From: Mycobacteriales bacterium
GTDB lineage: Bacteria > Actinomycetota > Actinomycetes > Mycobacteriales > QHCD01
Reading direction: 5' to 3'
NCBI GenBank assembly: GCA_038253135.1
Contig: JBBSHJ010000006.1
Coordinates: 1 to 56,242 of the forward strand
Length of the DNA: 56,242 nt
Shown here: piece by piece, positions 39,842-51,008 of the stretch
Numbering within the stretch: position 1 is the stretch's first letter
Layout: each line of letters begins with the position of its first letter
Translations under genes and position numbers: made by a program
The notes under the pieces: generated by a model
Databases searched by the model: none
Told to the model about the DNA's origin: nothing
Seen by the model: the letters and a program-made list of their open reading frames with translations, nothing else

Positions 39842-42331
39842 ATGACGACTGCCCCCGAGACCACGGAGCAGAAGCCCGATCTCGTCACCGTCACCATCGA
39901 CGGCTTCGAGATCAGCGTTCCCAAGGGCACCCTGATCATCCGTGCCGCGGAACAGCTCGGTATTTCGATCCCGCGGTTCTGTGACCACCCGCTGCTGGAC
40001 CCGGTCGGCGCCTGCCGGCAGTGCCTGGTCGAGGTCCCCGACATGGGCAACGGCCGCGGCATGCCCAAGCCGCCGGCGTCGTGCACGACGACGGTGATGC
40101 CCGGCATGGTCATCAAGACCCAGGTGACCAGCGCGGTGGCCGAGCGCGCGCAGCGCGGCAACATGGAGCTGCTGCTGATCAACCACCCGCTCGATTGCCC
40201 GATCTGCGACAAGGGCGGCGAGTGCCCGCTGCAGAACCAGGCGATGAGCTCCGGTGCGCCGGAGAGCCGGTTCCTCGACCGCAAGCGCACCTTCCCCAAG
40301 CCGATCGCGATCTCCTCGCAGGTCCTGCTCGACCGCGAGCGGTGCGTGCAATGCGCCCGGTGCACCCGATTCTCCGACCAGGTCGCCGGCGACGCCTTCA
40401 TCGATCTGTTCGAGCGCAGCGCCAACGAGCAGGTGGCGATCGCCGAGGGCCATCCGTTCCAGTCCTACTTCTCCGGCAACACCGTGCAGATCTGCCCGGT
40501 CGGCGCGCTCACCGGCGCGTCGTACCGCTTCCGATCCCGGCCGTTCGACCTGGTCTCCACACCCTCGATCTGCGAGCACTGCGCCGCCGGCTGCGCGCAG
40601 CGCACCGACTGGCGTCGCGGCAAGGTGCTGCGCCGGCTGGCCGGTAACGATCCCGAGGTCAACGAGGAGTGGAACTGCGACAAGGGCCGGTGGGCCTTCG
40701 CCTACACCGAGCAGCGCGACCGCATCCTCACCCCGCAGGTCCGTGCCGAGGACGGCGAGCTGCACGAGGCGTCGTGGCCCGAGGCACTCGAGCGGGCCGC
40801 TGCCGGCCTGCGGCAGGCCCGCGAGCACGGCGGGGTCGGGGTGCTCCCTGGCGGCCGGCTGACCTACGAGGACGCCTACAGCTATGCCAAGTTCGCGCGC
40901 ACGGTGCTCGGCACCAATGACATCGACGCGCGGGCCCGGCCGCATTCGCCTGAAGAGCAGCGGTTCCTCGCCGAGCGGGTCGCCGGCGTGCGCGAGGATG
41001 CCGGTGTCACCTACGCCGATCTCGGGGCCGCGCCGACCGTGCTGCTGGCCGGTCTCGAGCCCGAGGAGGAGTCGCCGATCCTCTTCTTGCGGTTGCGCAA
41101 GGCGGTACGCCGCACCCGGCTCGCGGTCTTCTCGATCGCGCCATTCGCGACGCGAGGGCTCACCAAGCTCGACGGCATCCTGATCCCGACCCGTCCCGGC
41201 GCCGAGCGGCTGGCACTGGCCACCGCGCCCGAGAATGTGACCGAAGCGCTGCGGGCGCCGGGCGCCGTGATCCTCGTCGGCGAGCGGCTGGCCGAGATCC
41301 CGGACGCACTGACCGCCGCCGCCGCCCTCGCCGACCGGACCGGGGCGAAGCTGGCATGGATCCCGCGGCGGGCGGGGGAGCGCGGGGCGATCGACGCCGG
41401 TGCGTTACCGGGCCTGTTACCCGGCGCTCGCATCGTCGCCGATGCCGCGAGCCGCGACGAGGTCGCGGCCGTGTGGGGCACCGCCGTACCGGAGACCGCG
41501 GGGCGTGACCTGACGGGCATGCTGCGGGCGGCCGTTCACGGCGAGCTGGCGGGCCTGCTCGTCGGCGGCGTCGACACCGGCGACCTGCCCGATCCCGAGC
41601 TCGCCGAGCGGGCGCTCGAGGCCGCCGGTTTCGTGGTCAGCCTCGAGCTGCGCCGGAGCCCGGTCACCGCACGCGCCGACGTCGTTCTCCCGGTCGCTCC
41701 GACGACCCAGAAGGCCGGCAGCTTCATCGACTGGGAAGGTCGCGTGCGGCACTTCGACGAGACCTTCCAGGCCTCGGGAGCGCTCGGCGACGGGCGCGTC
41801 CTGCACGCGCTCGCCGAAGAGCTGAATGTCTTTCTGGGACTGCCGACGCCCTCGGCCGCGGCCGCGGAGCTCGACCGGCTGGGCATCGCCCGCCGGGCAA
41901 CCCGCGACGATTCGGCCGGCCGCAGCGGGTCGCCGGCTGCGCATAGCGCTACCTCGGCCGCGGGACCGGCGACGCCGGGAGCCGCGGACGCCGTACTCGC
42001 GACGTGGTCCTACGCGCTCGACGCCGGCCGGATGCAGGACGGCGAGGAGCATCTTGCTGGTACGGCGAAGGCGGCCGGAGCCGTGCTGTCTCCGGCGACC
42101 GCGGCCGGTCTCGGCGTGGTGGACGGGGCGGTGGTGACCGTCGCGTCGGAGCATGGTGAGATTTCCGTGCTCGCCCAGGTGGTCGCGTCGATGGTCGACG
42201 GTGCGGTCTTCGTCCCGACCAACTCGCTGGGCGCGAATCCCGGCACGGCCGTTCGCAGGAACCTGCGGGTCGGCAACGGTGCCCCAGTACGGCTAAGAGC
42301 AATGAGCGGACCGGCGGGAGGTACGGCATGA
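39842..42331 (+). CDS. nuoG: NADH-quinone oxidoreductase subunit G
   Basis: [55 protein letters not shown]. Confidence 0.97.
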   Translation: MTTAPETTEQKPDLVTVTIDGFEISVPKGTLIIRAAEQLGISIPRFCDHPLLDPVGACRQCLVEVPDMGNGRGMPKPPASCTTTVMPGMVIKTQVTSAVAERAQRGNMELLLINHPLDCPICDKGGECPLQNQAMSSGAPESRFLDRKRTFPKPIAISSQVLLDRERCVQCARCTRFSDQVAGDAFIDLFERSANEQVAIAEGHPFQSYFSGNTVQICPVGALTGASYRFRSRPFDLVSTPSICEHCAAGCAQRTDWRRGKVLRRLAGNDPEVNEEWNCDKGRWAFAYTEQRDRILTPQVRAEDGELHEASWPEALERAAAGLRQAREHGGVGVLPGGRLTYEDAYSYAKFARTVLGTNDIDARARPHSPEEQRFLAERVAGVREDAGVTYADLGAAPTVLLAGLEPEEESPILFLRLRKAVRRTRLAVFSIAPFATRGLTKLDGILIPTRPGAERLALATAPENVTEALRAPGAVILVGERLAEIPDALTAAAALADRTGAKLAWIPRRAGERGAIDAGALPGLLPGARIVADAASRDEVAAVWGTAVPETAGRDLTGMLRAAVHGELAGLLVGGVDTGDLPDPELAERALEAAGFVVSLELRRSPVTARADVVLPVAPTTQKAGSFIDWEGRVRHFDETFQASGALGDGRVLHALAEELNVFLGLPTPSAAAAELDRLGIARRATRDDSAGRSGSPAAHSATSAAGPATPGAADAVLATWSYALDAGRMQDGEEHLAGTAKAAGAVLSPATAAGLGVVDGAVVTVASEHGEISVLAQVVASMVDGAVFVPTNSLGANPGTAVRRNLRVGNGAPVRLRAMSGPAGGTA

Positions 42332-43770
42332 GGGCGCTGGCCTATGCCCATTCCCTGACCGCCAACTCCTTGAGCGGCAACTCCTTGAGCGGCAACTCCT
42401 TGAGCGGCAACTCCTTGAGCGCCGACTCGGCGGGACCGAACCCCACGAACTTCGACTATGGCTCGGAAACGCTCTGGATCATCCTGCTCAAGACCATCGT
42501 GCTGTTCGCGTTCCTCATGGTCGTCGCCATGATCATGGTCTGGTGGGAACGCCGGCTGATCTCCTTCATGCAGTACCGCCTCGGCCCCAACCGGCACGGC
42601 CCCTTCGGATTGATGCAGGCGTTGGTCGACGGCCTGAAAATCACCTTCAAGGAAGAGATCATCCCGACGTTGGCGGACAAGCCGGTCTACTGGATCGCTC
42701 CCGTCCTTTCGGCCGTGCCCGCCTTCGTGACGTTCGCGGTCATCCCGTTCGGACCAGTCGTCAGCATCGCCGGGCATCACACCCCGCTGCAGCTCACCGA
42801 CTTCGGCGTCGCGGTCCTGCTCTCGCTGGCCTGCTCGTCGATGGGGGTGTACGGCGTCGTCCTCGCGGGCTGGGCGTCGCACTCGACCTACCCGCTGCTC
42901 GGCGGTCTGCGCGCGGCCGCGCAGATGGTCTCCTACGAGATCGCGATGGGGCTCGCCCTGGCGTCGGTCTTCGTCCTGGCCGGTTCTCTGTCGCCGAGCG
43001 TCATCGTCAGCCAGCAGCACGACCTGTGGTACGCCATCGCGTTGCTGCCGAGCCTGATCATCTACATGATCGCCGGGGTCGCTGAGATCAACCGCGTGCC
43101 GTTCGATCTCGCCGAGGGTGAGGGCGAGATCGTCGGCGGCTACCACACCGAGTACTCCTCGATGAAGTTCGTGTTGTTCTACATCTCGGAGTACCTCAAC
43201 ATGACAGCGGTCGCGGCACTGGTCGTGACGCTGTTCTTCGGCGGCTGGCGGTCGCCGTGGCCGATCTCGATCTGGTCGGGCTCCAATTCCGGCTGGTTCC
43301 CGCTGATCTGGTTCCTGATCAAGCTGGCGATCGCGATGTCGGTCTTCGTCTGGATCCGTGCCACGCTGCCCCGCCTGCGCTATGACCAGCTGATGGCCCT
43401 GGGCTGGAAGGTCATGGTCCCGGCCGCGCTGGCGTGGCTGCTGCTCGTGTCGACCCTGCAGGGACTGCGGGCGGCGAACAAGAGCAACATCACCGTCGCG
43501 CTCTCGATCGGCATCCCGGTGATGGTGCTGATCGGGATCTGGTGGATCTGGGACGAGAAGCACGCCCGCGACATCGCCGCGCGCGACGAGGCGCGGACCG
43601 AGGCCGCTGTCACCGCCGGCTCCTTTCCGACGCCGCCGATGGACCTCGTCGTACCCCCGTCGCCACGCCTCGCCGTGACCGCCGCAACGCCGGCCGGCGG
43701 TGCCGCGACCGAACCCAATCCGGAGGGTGACGGACCGGCCGACTCACCTGGGGACGCGCCGCATGTTTGA
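42328..43770 (+). CDS. nuoH: NADH-quinone oxidoreductase subunit H
   Basis: [49 protein letters not shown]. Confidence 0.97.
   Translation: MRALAYAHSLTANSLSGNSLSGNSLSGNSLSADSAGPNPTNFDYGSETLWIILLKTIVLFAFLMVVAMIMVWWERRLISFMQYRLGPNRHGPFGLMQALVDGLKITFKEEIIPTLADKPVYWIAPVLSAVPAFVTFAVIPFGPVVSIAGHHTPLQLTDFGVAVLLSLACSSMGVYGVVLAGWASHSTYPLLGGLRAAAQMVSYEIAMGLALASVFVLAGSLSPSVIVSQQHDLWYAIALLPSLIIYMIAGVAEINRVPFDLAEGEGEIVGGYHTEYSSMKFVLFYISEYLNMTAVAALVVTLFFGGWRSPWPISIWSGSNSGWFPLIWFLIKLAIAMSVFVWIRATLPRLRYDQLMALGWKVMVPAALAWLLLVSTLQGLRAANKSNITVALSIGIPVMVLIGIWWIWDEKHARDIAARDEARTEAAVTAGSFPTPPMDLVVPPSPRLAVTAATPAGGAATEPNPEGDGPADSPGDAPHV
42346..42420 (+). repeat. 15-bp in-frame tandem repeat in the nuoH 5' end
   Basis: GGCAACTCCTTGAGC x3 exact plus 2 variants (GNSLS repeats). 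Confidence 0.95.
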
Positions 43771-44461
43771 TGCCGTCAAGGGCTTCGGCCTGACCTTCGC
43801 CACGATGTTCGAGAAGAAGGCGACGGTCAGCTACCCGGAGACCGGAGTCATCACCAAGCCGCGCTATCACGGCCGGCACGTGCTCAACCGGCACCCTGAC
43901 GGTCTGGAGAAGTGCGTCGGCTGCGAGCTGTGCGCCTGGGCCTGTCCGGCCGACGCCATCTACGTCGAGGGCGGTGACAACACCGAGGAGGAGCGGTTCT
44001 CCCCCGGCGAGAGGTATGGCCGGATCTACCAGATCAACTACGCGCGGTGCATCTTCTGCGGCCTGTGCATCGAGGCCTGCCCGACCCGGTCGCTGACCAT
44101 GTCGAACGAGTACGAGCTCGCCGCGGACAGCCGGCACGACCTGATCCTGACCAAGGAGCAGCTGATCGCGCCGCTGCTGCCCGGCATGGAGCAGCCGCCG
44201 CACGCGATGCGGCTCGGCGAGGACGAGCAGGACTACTACGTCGGCGCGATGGAGAATCCCGGCGCGAGCGCGGGTGCCGAGGAGGTCAAGCGCGACGACG
44301 GGTCGCAGCCGGGCGAGGACCACCCGGTCGACGCGGTCTTCATGCGCCGCGAACGGCTCCAGCCGGCCCGGGGACCCAGGGACGAGGCCGACTCGCAACC
44401 CCAGGACACGCCGGCAGCGCAACCACGTGGCCGGCACCGGGGGCGGCGGGGATCCGAATGA
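43763..44461 (+). CDS. nuoI: NADH-quinone oxidoreductase subunit I
   Basis: [26 protein letters not shown]; long polar C-terminal tail. Confidence 0.97.
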   Translation: MFDAVKGFGLTFATMFEKKATVSYPETGVITKPRYHGRHVLNRHPDGLEKCVGCELCAWACPADAIYVEGGDNTEEERFSPGERYGRIYQINYARCIFCGLCIEACPTRSLTMSNEYELAADSRHDLILTKEQLIAPLLPGMEQPPHAMRLGEDEQDYYVGAMENPGASAGAEEVKRDDGSQPGEDHPVDAVFMRRERLQPARGPRDEADSQPQDTPAAQPRGRHRGRRGSE

Positions 44462-44477
44462 GCATTCCGTACGCCGA

Positions 44478-44582
44478 CCGCGGCCAGCAGGTGGAAAGGG
44501 GTGCGGGTGGGTAACACCGCAGCTCGAGATCGCTCGCCAGCCCCGCGGCCAGCAGGTGGAAAGGGGTACGGGTGGGTAACAC
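44478..44582 (+). repeat. 40-bp direct repeat x2 duplicating the nuoJ RBS and start
   Basis: CCGCGGCCAGCAGGTGGAAAGGGGT(G/A)CGGGTGGGTAACAC at 44478-44517 and 44543-44582. Confidence 0.95.
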
Positions 44583-45348
44583 TCTCTCACTAGCAGCAGG
44601 CCATACGGGCGCGACGATGGGCCACGGCGAGACGCTGATCTTCTGGATCCTCGGACCCATCAGCGTCATCGGCGCGCTCGGCATGGTGCTGTCCCGCAAC
44701 GCGGTACACGCGGCGCTGTGGCTCGTGACCACGATGTTCTCGCTCGGCGTCTTCTACGTGATGGAACGCGGCCCGTTCATCGGCTTCGTCCAGATCATCG
44801 TTTACACCGGCGCGATCATGATCCTGTTCCTCTTCGTGCTGATGCTGATCGGCCGGGACTCGTCCGACTCGCTCGTGGAAACGCTGAAGGGACAGCGGGT
44901 TGCCGCCGTCCTGCTCGGGGGCGGGCTCGCCGTCCTGCTGATCGCGTTCATCGCGAGCGCGCTGGACAAGCAGCGAGCCGTCGGGCTGCAGCAGGCGAGC
45001 GCCGACGGCAACCTGCCCGGCATATCCCGGCTGCTGTTCCACGACTACGTCTTCGCCTTCGAGCTCACCAGCGCGCTGTTGATCACGGCCGCGGTGGGGG
45101 CGATGGTGCTCGCCAATGTCGAGCGCGGACGCCGGTCGCAGCGCGAGGTGTACGACGAGCGGCTGGCCGGCGGCGACTACCTCGGCCCGAAGCCAGGGCC
45201 CGGCGTCTTCGCGCACGGCGATGCGGTGACCCGCCACGCCCTGCTGCCGGACGGCTCCGAGGCGCCGACGAGCGTGATCCGCTCGGCGGAGGTCGCGGGC
45301 AAGGAGCAGGAGGCCGTGAGGGCACTCGAGCGGAGGCGTGGCGAATGA
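44572..45348 (+). CDS. nuoJ: NADH-quinone oxidoreductase subunit J
   Basis: [37 protein letters not shown]. Confidence 0.96.
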   Translation: MGNTLSLAAGHTGATMGHGETLIFWILGPISVIGALGMVLSRNAVHAALWLVTTMFSLGVFYVMERGPFIGFVQIIVYTGAIMILFLFVLMLIGRDSSDSLVETLKGQRVAAVLLGGGLAVLLIAFIASALDKQRAVGLQQASADGNLPGISRLLFHDYVFAFELTSALLITAAVGAMVLANVERGRRSQREVYDERLAGGDYLGPKPGPGVFAHGDAVTRHALLPDGSEAPTSVIRSAEVAGKEQEAVRALERRRGE

Positions 45349-45389
45349 GCGAGGAGAAGGCGAAGCCGGAGCGGGAGTCGGCACCATGA
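45345..45389 (+). other. 14-aa coupled mini-ORF bridging nuoJ and nuoK
   Basis: [14 protein letters not shown]; ATGA overlaps at both ends. Confidence 0.7.
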
Positions 45390-45685
45390 GCCCCAATTTC
45401 TATCTCTACCTGTCCGCGGTCCTCTTCGCGATCGGCACGGTCGGATTCCTGGTCCGCCGCAACGCGATCGTGGTCTTCATGTGTGTCGAGCTCATGCTCA
45501 ACGCGGCGAACCTCTCCCTGGTCACGTTCTCGCGGATCAACGGCTCGCTCGACGGTCAGATCATGGCGTTCTTCGTGATGGTGGTGGCCGCGGCCGAGGT
45601 CGTGGTCGGGCTCGCCATCATCATGTCGATCTTCCGCGCCCGCCGTACCGCATCGATCGACGACGCCAACTTGCTCAAATACTAA
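45386..45685 (+). CDS. nuoK: NADH-quinone oxidoreductase subunit K
   Basis: [31 protein letters not shown]. Confidence 0.97.
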   Translation: MSPNFYLYLSAVLFAIGTVGFLVRRNAIVVFMCVELMLNAANLSLVTFSRINGSLDGQIMAFFVMVVAAAEVVVGLAIIMSIFRARRTASIDDANLLKY

Positions 45686-45740
45686 CCGCCCGAACTCATA
45701 AGCCGGCTAATCACTTCAGAAAGCGACGAGGAAGACACCA

Positions 45741-47681
45741 GTGGTCAACCAGACGAGCGCGTCCCTCGCCACGGCGTCGGCGAGCGGCGGCCTGCAGCAC
45801 GGCGCATGGCTGCTGATCGCCGCGCCGCTCGTGTCGGCGCTCATCCTGCTGATCGTGGGCCGTCGCGGCGACAGGTGGGGGCACTACCTCGGCGCCCTCG
45901 TCCCGATCGCCTGCTTCGTCTACGCGCTCATCCTCTTTTTCAACCTGCGCGGCAAGGCACCCGACGAGCGCGCCTACAACGTGCACCTGTGGGACTGGAT
46001 CTCGGTCGGCGGTTTCACGATCGACGCCGGCCTTCGGGTCGACGTGCTCTCCATGTGCTTCGTGCTGCTGATCACCGGCGTCGGCTCGCTGATCCACATC
46101 TACTCGCTCGGCTACATGGCGCACGATCCGAAGCGACGGCGATTCTTCGGCTACTTCAACCTGTTCGTCGCGGCCATGCTGCTGCTCGTGCTCGGCAACA
46201 GCTACCTCAGCCTGTACGTCGGATGGGAGGGGGTCGGCCTGGCGTCGTACCTGCTCATCGGCTTTTGGACCTACAAGCCGGTGGCGGCCACCGCGGCGAA
46301 GAAGGCGTTCCTGATGAACCGCGTCGGCGACGTCGGCCTGAGCATCGCGATCATGCTGATGTTCGCCCAACTCGGCACCGTGTCCTTCGACGGTGTCTTC
46401 AGCAACGCCGGAGCCATGTCGGGTACGGCGCTGACGGCGATCGCATTGCTGCTCCTGCTGGGCGCCTGCGGCAAGTCCGGACAGATGCCCCTGCAGGCAT
46501 GGCTTCCGGATGCCATGGAGGGCCCGACGCCGGTGTCGGCTCTGATCCACGCGGCGACCATGGTCACCGCCGGCGTCTATCTGATCGCCCGGTCCAACCC
46601 GATCTTCGACCTGACCCATGACGGTCGCACGGCCGTCGCGGTGGTCGGCGCGGCCACCCTGCTCTATGGATGCGTCGTTGGTTGTGCCTACGACGACATC
46701 AAGAAGGTGCTCGCCTATTCCACGGTCAGCCAGATCGGCTACATGTTCCTGGCCGTCGGGCTGGGTCCGGCGGGCTACGCGATCGGCATCATGCACCTGC
46801 TCGCGCACGGATTCTTCAAGGCCGGCCTCTTCCTCGGCGCCGGATCGGTCATGCACGCCATGAACGATGAGGTCGACATGCGCAGGTACGGCGGGTTGTG
46901 GCGCCTGATGCCGGCCACCTTCGTCACGTTCGGGCTCGGTTATCTCGCCATCATCGGCTTTCCCGGACTCTCGGGATTCTTCACCAAGGACAAGATCATC
47001 GAGGCGGCCTTCGACCAGGGCGGCGCGTCCGGCTGGATCCTCGGCCTTTGCGCGCTGCTCGGCGCCGGCCTGACCGCCTTCTACATGACCCGGTTGATGA
47101 TCATGACCTTCTTCGGCAAGCGCCGCTGGGTCACCGACGCGCACCCGCACGAGGCGCCGATGGTCATGGTGCTGCCGATGGCGCTGCTGGCGATCGGCTC
47201 GATCGGCGCGGGCGCATACTTCGTTGTCGGCGGCCGCATGCAGCACTGGCTCGAGCCGGCGCTCGGAAAATCCACGGAGGTCGGGGCCCACACCATCAGC
47301 TCGGTCGTGTTGACCGTGCTGACCTTGCTCGTCGTCGCGATCGGCATCGGCGGGGCATTCATGGTCTTCGGCCGGTCCGAGGTCCCGGCGACCGCGCCGA
47401 GGACCGTGTCACCGATGACCGTTGCCGCCCGCAAGAACCTTTACGGCGACGCCCTCAACGAGGGCCTGATCGCGCATCCCGGTGAGTGGACGGCCCGCCT
47501 ACTGGTCTTCACCGACGGCCGGGGTGTGGACGGCCTCGTCGGCGGCGTGGGCGCGCTGCTCGGCGGGACGTCGGCTCGCCTGCGCCGCACCCAGACCGGT
47601 TTCGTACGGTCCTACGCGCTGTCGATGCTCGGCGGGACCGTCGTGCTGTTGCTCGCGCTGATGATGGTGAGGTTCGGATGA
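45741..47681 (+). CDS. nuoL: NADH-quinone oxidoreductase subunit L
   Basis: [44 protein letters not shown]. Confidence 0.97.
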   Translation: MVNQTSASLATASASGGLQHGAWLLIAAPLVSALILLIVGRRGDRWGHYLGALVPIACFVYALILFFNLRGKAPDERAYNVHLWDWISVGGFTIDAGLRVDVLSMCFVLLITGVGSLIHIYSLGYMAHDPKRRRFFGYFNLFVAAMLLLVLGNSYLSLYVGWEGVGLASYLLIGFWTYKPVAATAAKKAFLMNRVGDVGLSIAIMLMFAQLGTVSFDGVFSNAGAMSGTALTAIALLLLLGACGKSGQMPLQAWLPDAMEGPTPVSALIHAATMVTAGVYLIARSNPIFDLTHDGRTAVAVVGAATLLYGCVVGCAYDDIKKVLAYSTVSQIGYMFLAVGLGPAGYAIGIMHLLAHGFFKAGLFLGAGSVMHAMNDEVDMRRYGGLWRLMPATFVTFGLGYLAIIGFPGLSGFFTKDKIIEAAFDQGGASGWILGLCALLGAGLTAFYMTRLMIMTFFGKRRWVTDAHPHEAPMVMVLPMALLAIGSIGAGAYFVVGGRMQHWLEPALGKSTEVGAHTISSVVLTVLTLLVVAIGIGGAFMVFGRSEVPATAPRTVSPMTVAARKNLYGDALNEGLIAHPGEWTARLLVFTDGRGVDGLVGGVGALLGGTSARLRRTQTGFVRSYALSMLGGTVVLLLALMMVRFG

Positions 47682-47839
47682 GGGTGCGTCGATTGACGAG
47701 GGAGCGAGCTTCGTCGACCGACGAGGGAGCGAGCATCCGAGCGAGGTACGAGCGAGGCGCGCAGCGACTGAGGAGATCGACCAGAAGCATCGAGGAGCTT
47801 GCGACGTGGGGCGCAGCGACTGAGGAGATCGCGCGATGA
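47678..47839 (+). repeat. Junction repeat copy (nuoL-nuoM) encoding a 53-aa coupled mini-ORF
   Basis: [53 protein letters not shown]; ATGA overlaps at both ends. Confidence 0.9.
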
Positions 47840-49449
47840 GTGGACTCTGGTTGATCGTCCTCGGGGCGATCCCGCTGGTCGGTGCGGTCGTGGTCGGGGC
47901 GCTGCCCTCCGGTGCGACGATGCCCGGAGAGACGGCGGCCGTCGGCGACGTGGTACCCGCCGAGGCGGCGAGCGCGGCCGTGGCACCGCGCACGGAGGGC
48001 ACCGCGGCGGCGAAGCTGACGGCGCTGGCCTTCTCCCTCGCCGCGTTCGTGGTCGCGATCATCATCACGGCCCGGTTCGACACGCACAGCAGCGCGCGGT
48101 TCCAGGCGGCCAAGTCGTGGGACTGGATCAGGTCCTTCGGCGTGACCTTCTCCGTCGGCGTCGACGGCATCGCGCTGGTGCTGGTGCTGCTTGCGACCCT
48201 GCTGGTGCCGGTCGTGATCCTGGCGTCCTGGAACGAGGAGACCCCCGGCGGCCGGAGCCCGAAGGCGTTCTTCGCCTGGCTGCTGGCGCTCGAGGTGATG
48301 ATGATCGGCGTCTTCGTCGCGACCGACGTCTTCCTCTTCTACGTCTTCTTCGAAGCGATGCTGGTGCCGATGTACTTCCTCATCGGCAGCTACGGCGGGT
48401 CGCAGCGCCGCTACGCGGCGATGAAGTTCTTCCTCTACAGCCTGCTGGGCGGTCTCGTCATGCTGGCCGCGGTGATCACGCTGTATTTCGCCAGCCCGGC
48501 GCACACCTTCGAATTCGTCAAGCTCGTCGGCACTGTTGACCCGGGATATCAGAAGCTGCTGTTCTTCGGCTTCTTCCTGGCCTTCGCGATCAAGGCGCCG
48601 CTGGTGCCGTTCCACACCTGGCTTCCCGACGCCGGTGCCGAGGCGCCGACGGGCGGGGCGGTCCTGCTGGTCGGGGTGCTCGACAAGGTCGGCACGTTCG
48701 GCTTCCTGCGCTACTGCCTGCCGCTGTTCCCGGAGGCCTCGCGCTATTTCGCGCCGATGGTGCTGATCCTGTCGGTGGTGGGCATCCTGTACGCCGCGAT
48801 CGTGGCGTCGGTGCAGCGGGACATGAAGCGGCTCGTGTCCTACACCTCGATCGCGCACTTCGGCTTCATCGCGATGGGCATCTTCGCGTTCACGACGCAG
48901 GGTGGCAGTGGCGCGGTCCTCTACATGGTCAACCACGGCCTCTCGACCGGCCTGGTCTTCATCGTGGTGGGCATGCTGATCCAGCGCGGCCGCAGCCGCC
49001 AGATCAGCGACTACGGCGGCGTCGCGACCGTCACGCCGTACCTCGCGGGCGTCTTCTTCTTCGCCGGCCTCTCGGCGCTGGGCCTGCCGGGCCTGTCGAC
49101 GTTCGTGAGCGAGTTCCTGACGTTGGTCGGCACGTTCACCGTGCACAAGACCTACGCCGTCCTGGGCACGGTCGGCATCATCTTCGCCGCGCTCTACGTG
49201 CTGTGGATGTACCAGCGGCTCTTCCACGGCCCGGTCAAGGAGAGCGTGCACAAGGAGCGGCTGCGCTCGATCAAGGACATGACCGCGCTCGAGACGGTCG
49301 TCGTCGCGCCGCTGGTCGCACTGATCCTGTTCTTCGGCTTCTACCCGCAGCCGCTGCTCGACATCATCAATCCGGCCGTGAAGATCACCATGCATGACGT
49401 CGGCAAGCGTGACCCGGCCCAGCACGCAGGGAATGGAGCGAAGCCGTGA
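47836..49449 (+). CDS. nuoM: NADH-quinone oxidoreductase subunit M
   Basis: FYVFFEAMLVPMY, AIKAPLVPFHTWLPDA, YTSIAHFG, LGLPG. Confidence 0.97.
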   Translation: MSGLWLIVLGAIPLVGAVVVGALPSGATMPGETAAVGDVVPAEAASAAVAPRTEGTAAAKLTALAFSLAAFVVAIIITARFDTHSSARFQAAKSWDWIRSFGVTFSVGVDGIALVLVLLATLLVPVVILASWNEETPGGRSPKAFFAWLLALEVMMIGVFVATDVFLFYVFFEAMLVPMYFLIGSYGGSQRRYAAMKFFLYSLLGGLVMLAAVITLYFASPAHTFEFVKLVGTVDPGYQKLLFFGFFLAFAIKAPLVPFHTWLPDAGAEAPTGGAVLLVGVLDKVGTFGFLRYCLPLFPEASRYFAPMVLILSVVGILYAAIVASVQRDMKRLVSYTSIAHFGFIAMGIFAFTTQGGSGAVLYMVNHGLSTGLVFIVVGMLIQRGRSRQISDYGGVATVTPYLAGVFFFAGLSALGLPGLSTFVSEFLTLVGTFTVHKTYAVLGTVGIIFAALYVLWMYQRLFHGPVKESVHKERLRSIKDMTALETVVVAPLVALILFFGFYPQPLLDIINPAVKITMHDVGKRDPAQHAGNGAKP

Positions 49450-51008
49450 CCGGCGCAGTCCTCGCCGCGGGCGATTCGATCTCGGCCCCGTCGATCTCCT
49501 ACTCCGGTCTGGCGCCCGTGCTGATCATCCTGGGCGTGGCGCTCGCCGGCGTGCTGGTCGAGGCCTCGCTTCCCAAGGCCGTGCGGTTCGCCGCCCAGGT
49601 CGGGCTCGCGCTGGCGGGTTGCGTCGCGGCGCTGATCGTCGTCATCGTGCTGGCCGGCCGCGCCGGGGAGGTCACTGCGGCCGGGGCGATCGCGGTCGAC
49701 GGGCCGGCGCTGTTCTGTCAGGGCACGCTCGCGATCCTCGGCATCTTCTCGGTCCTGTTGCTGGCCGAGCGCCGGCTGGACGCGGCCGGTGGTGCGATCG
49801 TGGCGCAGGCCGCGCTCACGGTCGGCAGCAGCAACGACCGGATGCAGCGCACCTCGCACGACGTACAGACCGAGGCGTTTCCGCTCTTCGCGTTCGCCCT
49901 CGGCGGCATGATGCTGTTCCCGGCGTCGAACAACCTGCTCGTCATGTTCATCGCGCTCGAGGTGCTCTCGCTGCCGCTCTACCTGCTCGCGGGACTGGCC
50001 CGGCACCGGCGCCTGCTGTCGCAGGAGGCCGCGGTCAAGTATTTCCTGCTCGGCGCGTTCGCGTCGGCGTTCTTCGTCTACGGCCTGGCGATGCTCTACG
50101 GGTACGCCGGAACGGTCTCGCTCGCGGGCATCCGCCAGTCCGCCAGTGTCAGCGACAAGGGTGATCTGTTGCTGCTGCTCGGTTTCGCGCTGCTGGTCGT
50201 CGGCATGCTGTTCAAGGGCAACGTGGCCCCGTTCCACTCGTGGACGCCGGATGTCTACCAGGGCTCGCCGAGCCCGGTGACGGCGTTCATGTCGGCGGCG
50301 ACCAAGGTCGCGGCCTTCGGCGCGCTGCTGCGGGTGTTCTATGTCGCCTTCGCCGATTCGCGCTGGGACTGGCGGCCGATCATGTGGGCGGTCGCGATCA
50401 CCTCGATGCTGGTCGGGGCGGTCTTCGGTCTGACCCAGACCGACATCAAGCGGATCCTCGCCTACTCCTCGATCGCGCACGCCGGGTTCCTGCTGGTGGG
50501 GGTCATCTCGCTCAACGTGCGGGGGATCTCGGGAACCCTGTTCTACCTGCTCACCTACGGCATCGCCTCGCTCGGGGCCTTTGCGGTGGTGTCCCTGGTG
50601 CGCGACGATGACGGCGAGGCGACGCACCTGTCCCAGTGGGCGGGGCTGGCCAAGCGCTCGCCGATGGTCGCGGCGGTGATGACGGTCTTCCTGCTGTCCA
50701 TGGCCGGGATCCCGCTCACCGCCGGCTTCATCGGCAAGTTCGTCATCTTCCAGGCCGGCGTCGACGGCGGGCTCGGCACGCTGGTCGTCATCGCATTGGT
50801 GAGCAGCGCGATCGCCGCCTTCTTCTACCTGCGGATCGTTGTCCTGATGTACTTCTCCGACCCGCCCGAGGGTGGGCCGGCGGTGTCGGTGCCGAGCATC
50901 TGCACACAGGCGGTGGTGGCCTTGACCGCGGCCGCGACGATCTTCCTGGGCATCATCCCGCAGCCCATCCTGGACGTCGCCCACCGGGCCGTCCCCTTCG
51001 TCTCGTGA
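49446..51008 (+). CDS. nuoN: NADH-quinone oxidoreductase subunit N
   Basis: ALEVLSLPLY, EAAVKYFLLG, PFHSWTPDVYQG, KRILAYSSIAHAG. Confidence 0.97.
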   Translation: MTGAVLAAGDSISAPSISYSGLAPVLIILGVALAGVLVEASLPKAVRFAAQVGLALAGCVAALIVVIVLAGRAGEVTAAGAIAVDGPALFCQGTLAILGIFSVLLLAERRLDAAGGAIVAQAALTVGSSNDRMQRTSHDVQTEAFPLFAFALGGMMLFPASNNLLVMFIALEVLSLPLYLLAGLARHRRLLSQEAAVKYFLLGAFASAFFVYGLAMLYGYAGTVSLAGIRQSASVSDKGDLLLLLGFALLVVGMLFKGNVAPFHSWTPDVYQGSPSPVTAFMSAATKVAAFGALLRVFYVAFADSRWDWRPIMWAVAITSMLVGAVFGLTQTDIKRILAYSSIAHAGFLLVGVISLNVRGISGTLFYLLTYGIASLGAFAVVSLVRDDDGEATHLSQWAGLAKRSPMVAAVMTVFLLSMAGIPLTAGFIGKFVIFQAGVDGGLGTLVVIALVSSAIAAFFYLRIVVLMYFSDPPEGGPAVSVPSICTQAVVALTAAATIFLGIIPQPILDVAHRAVPFVS

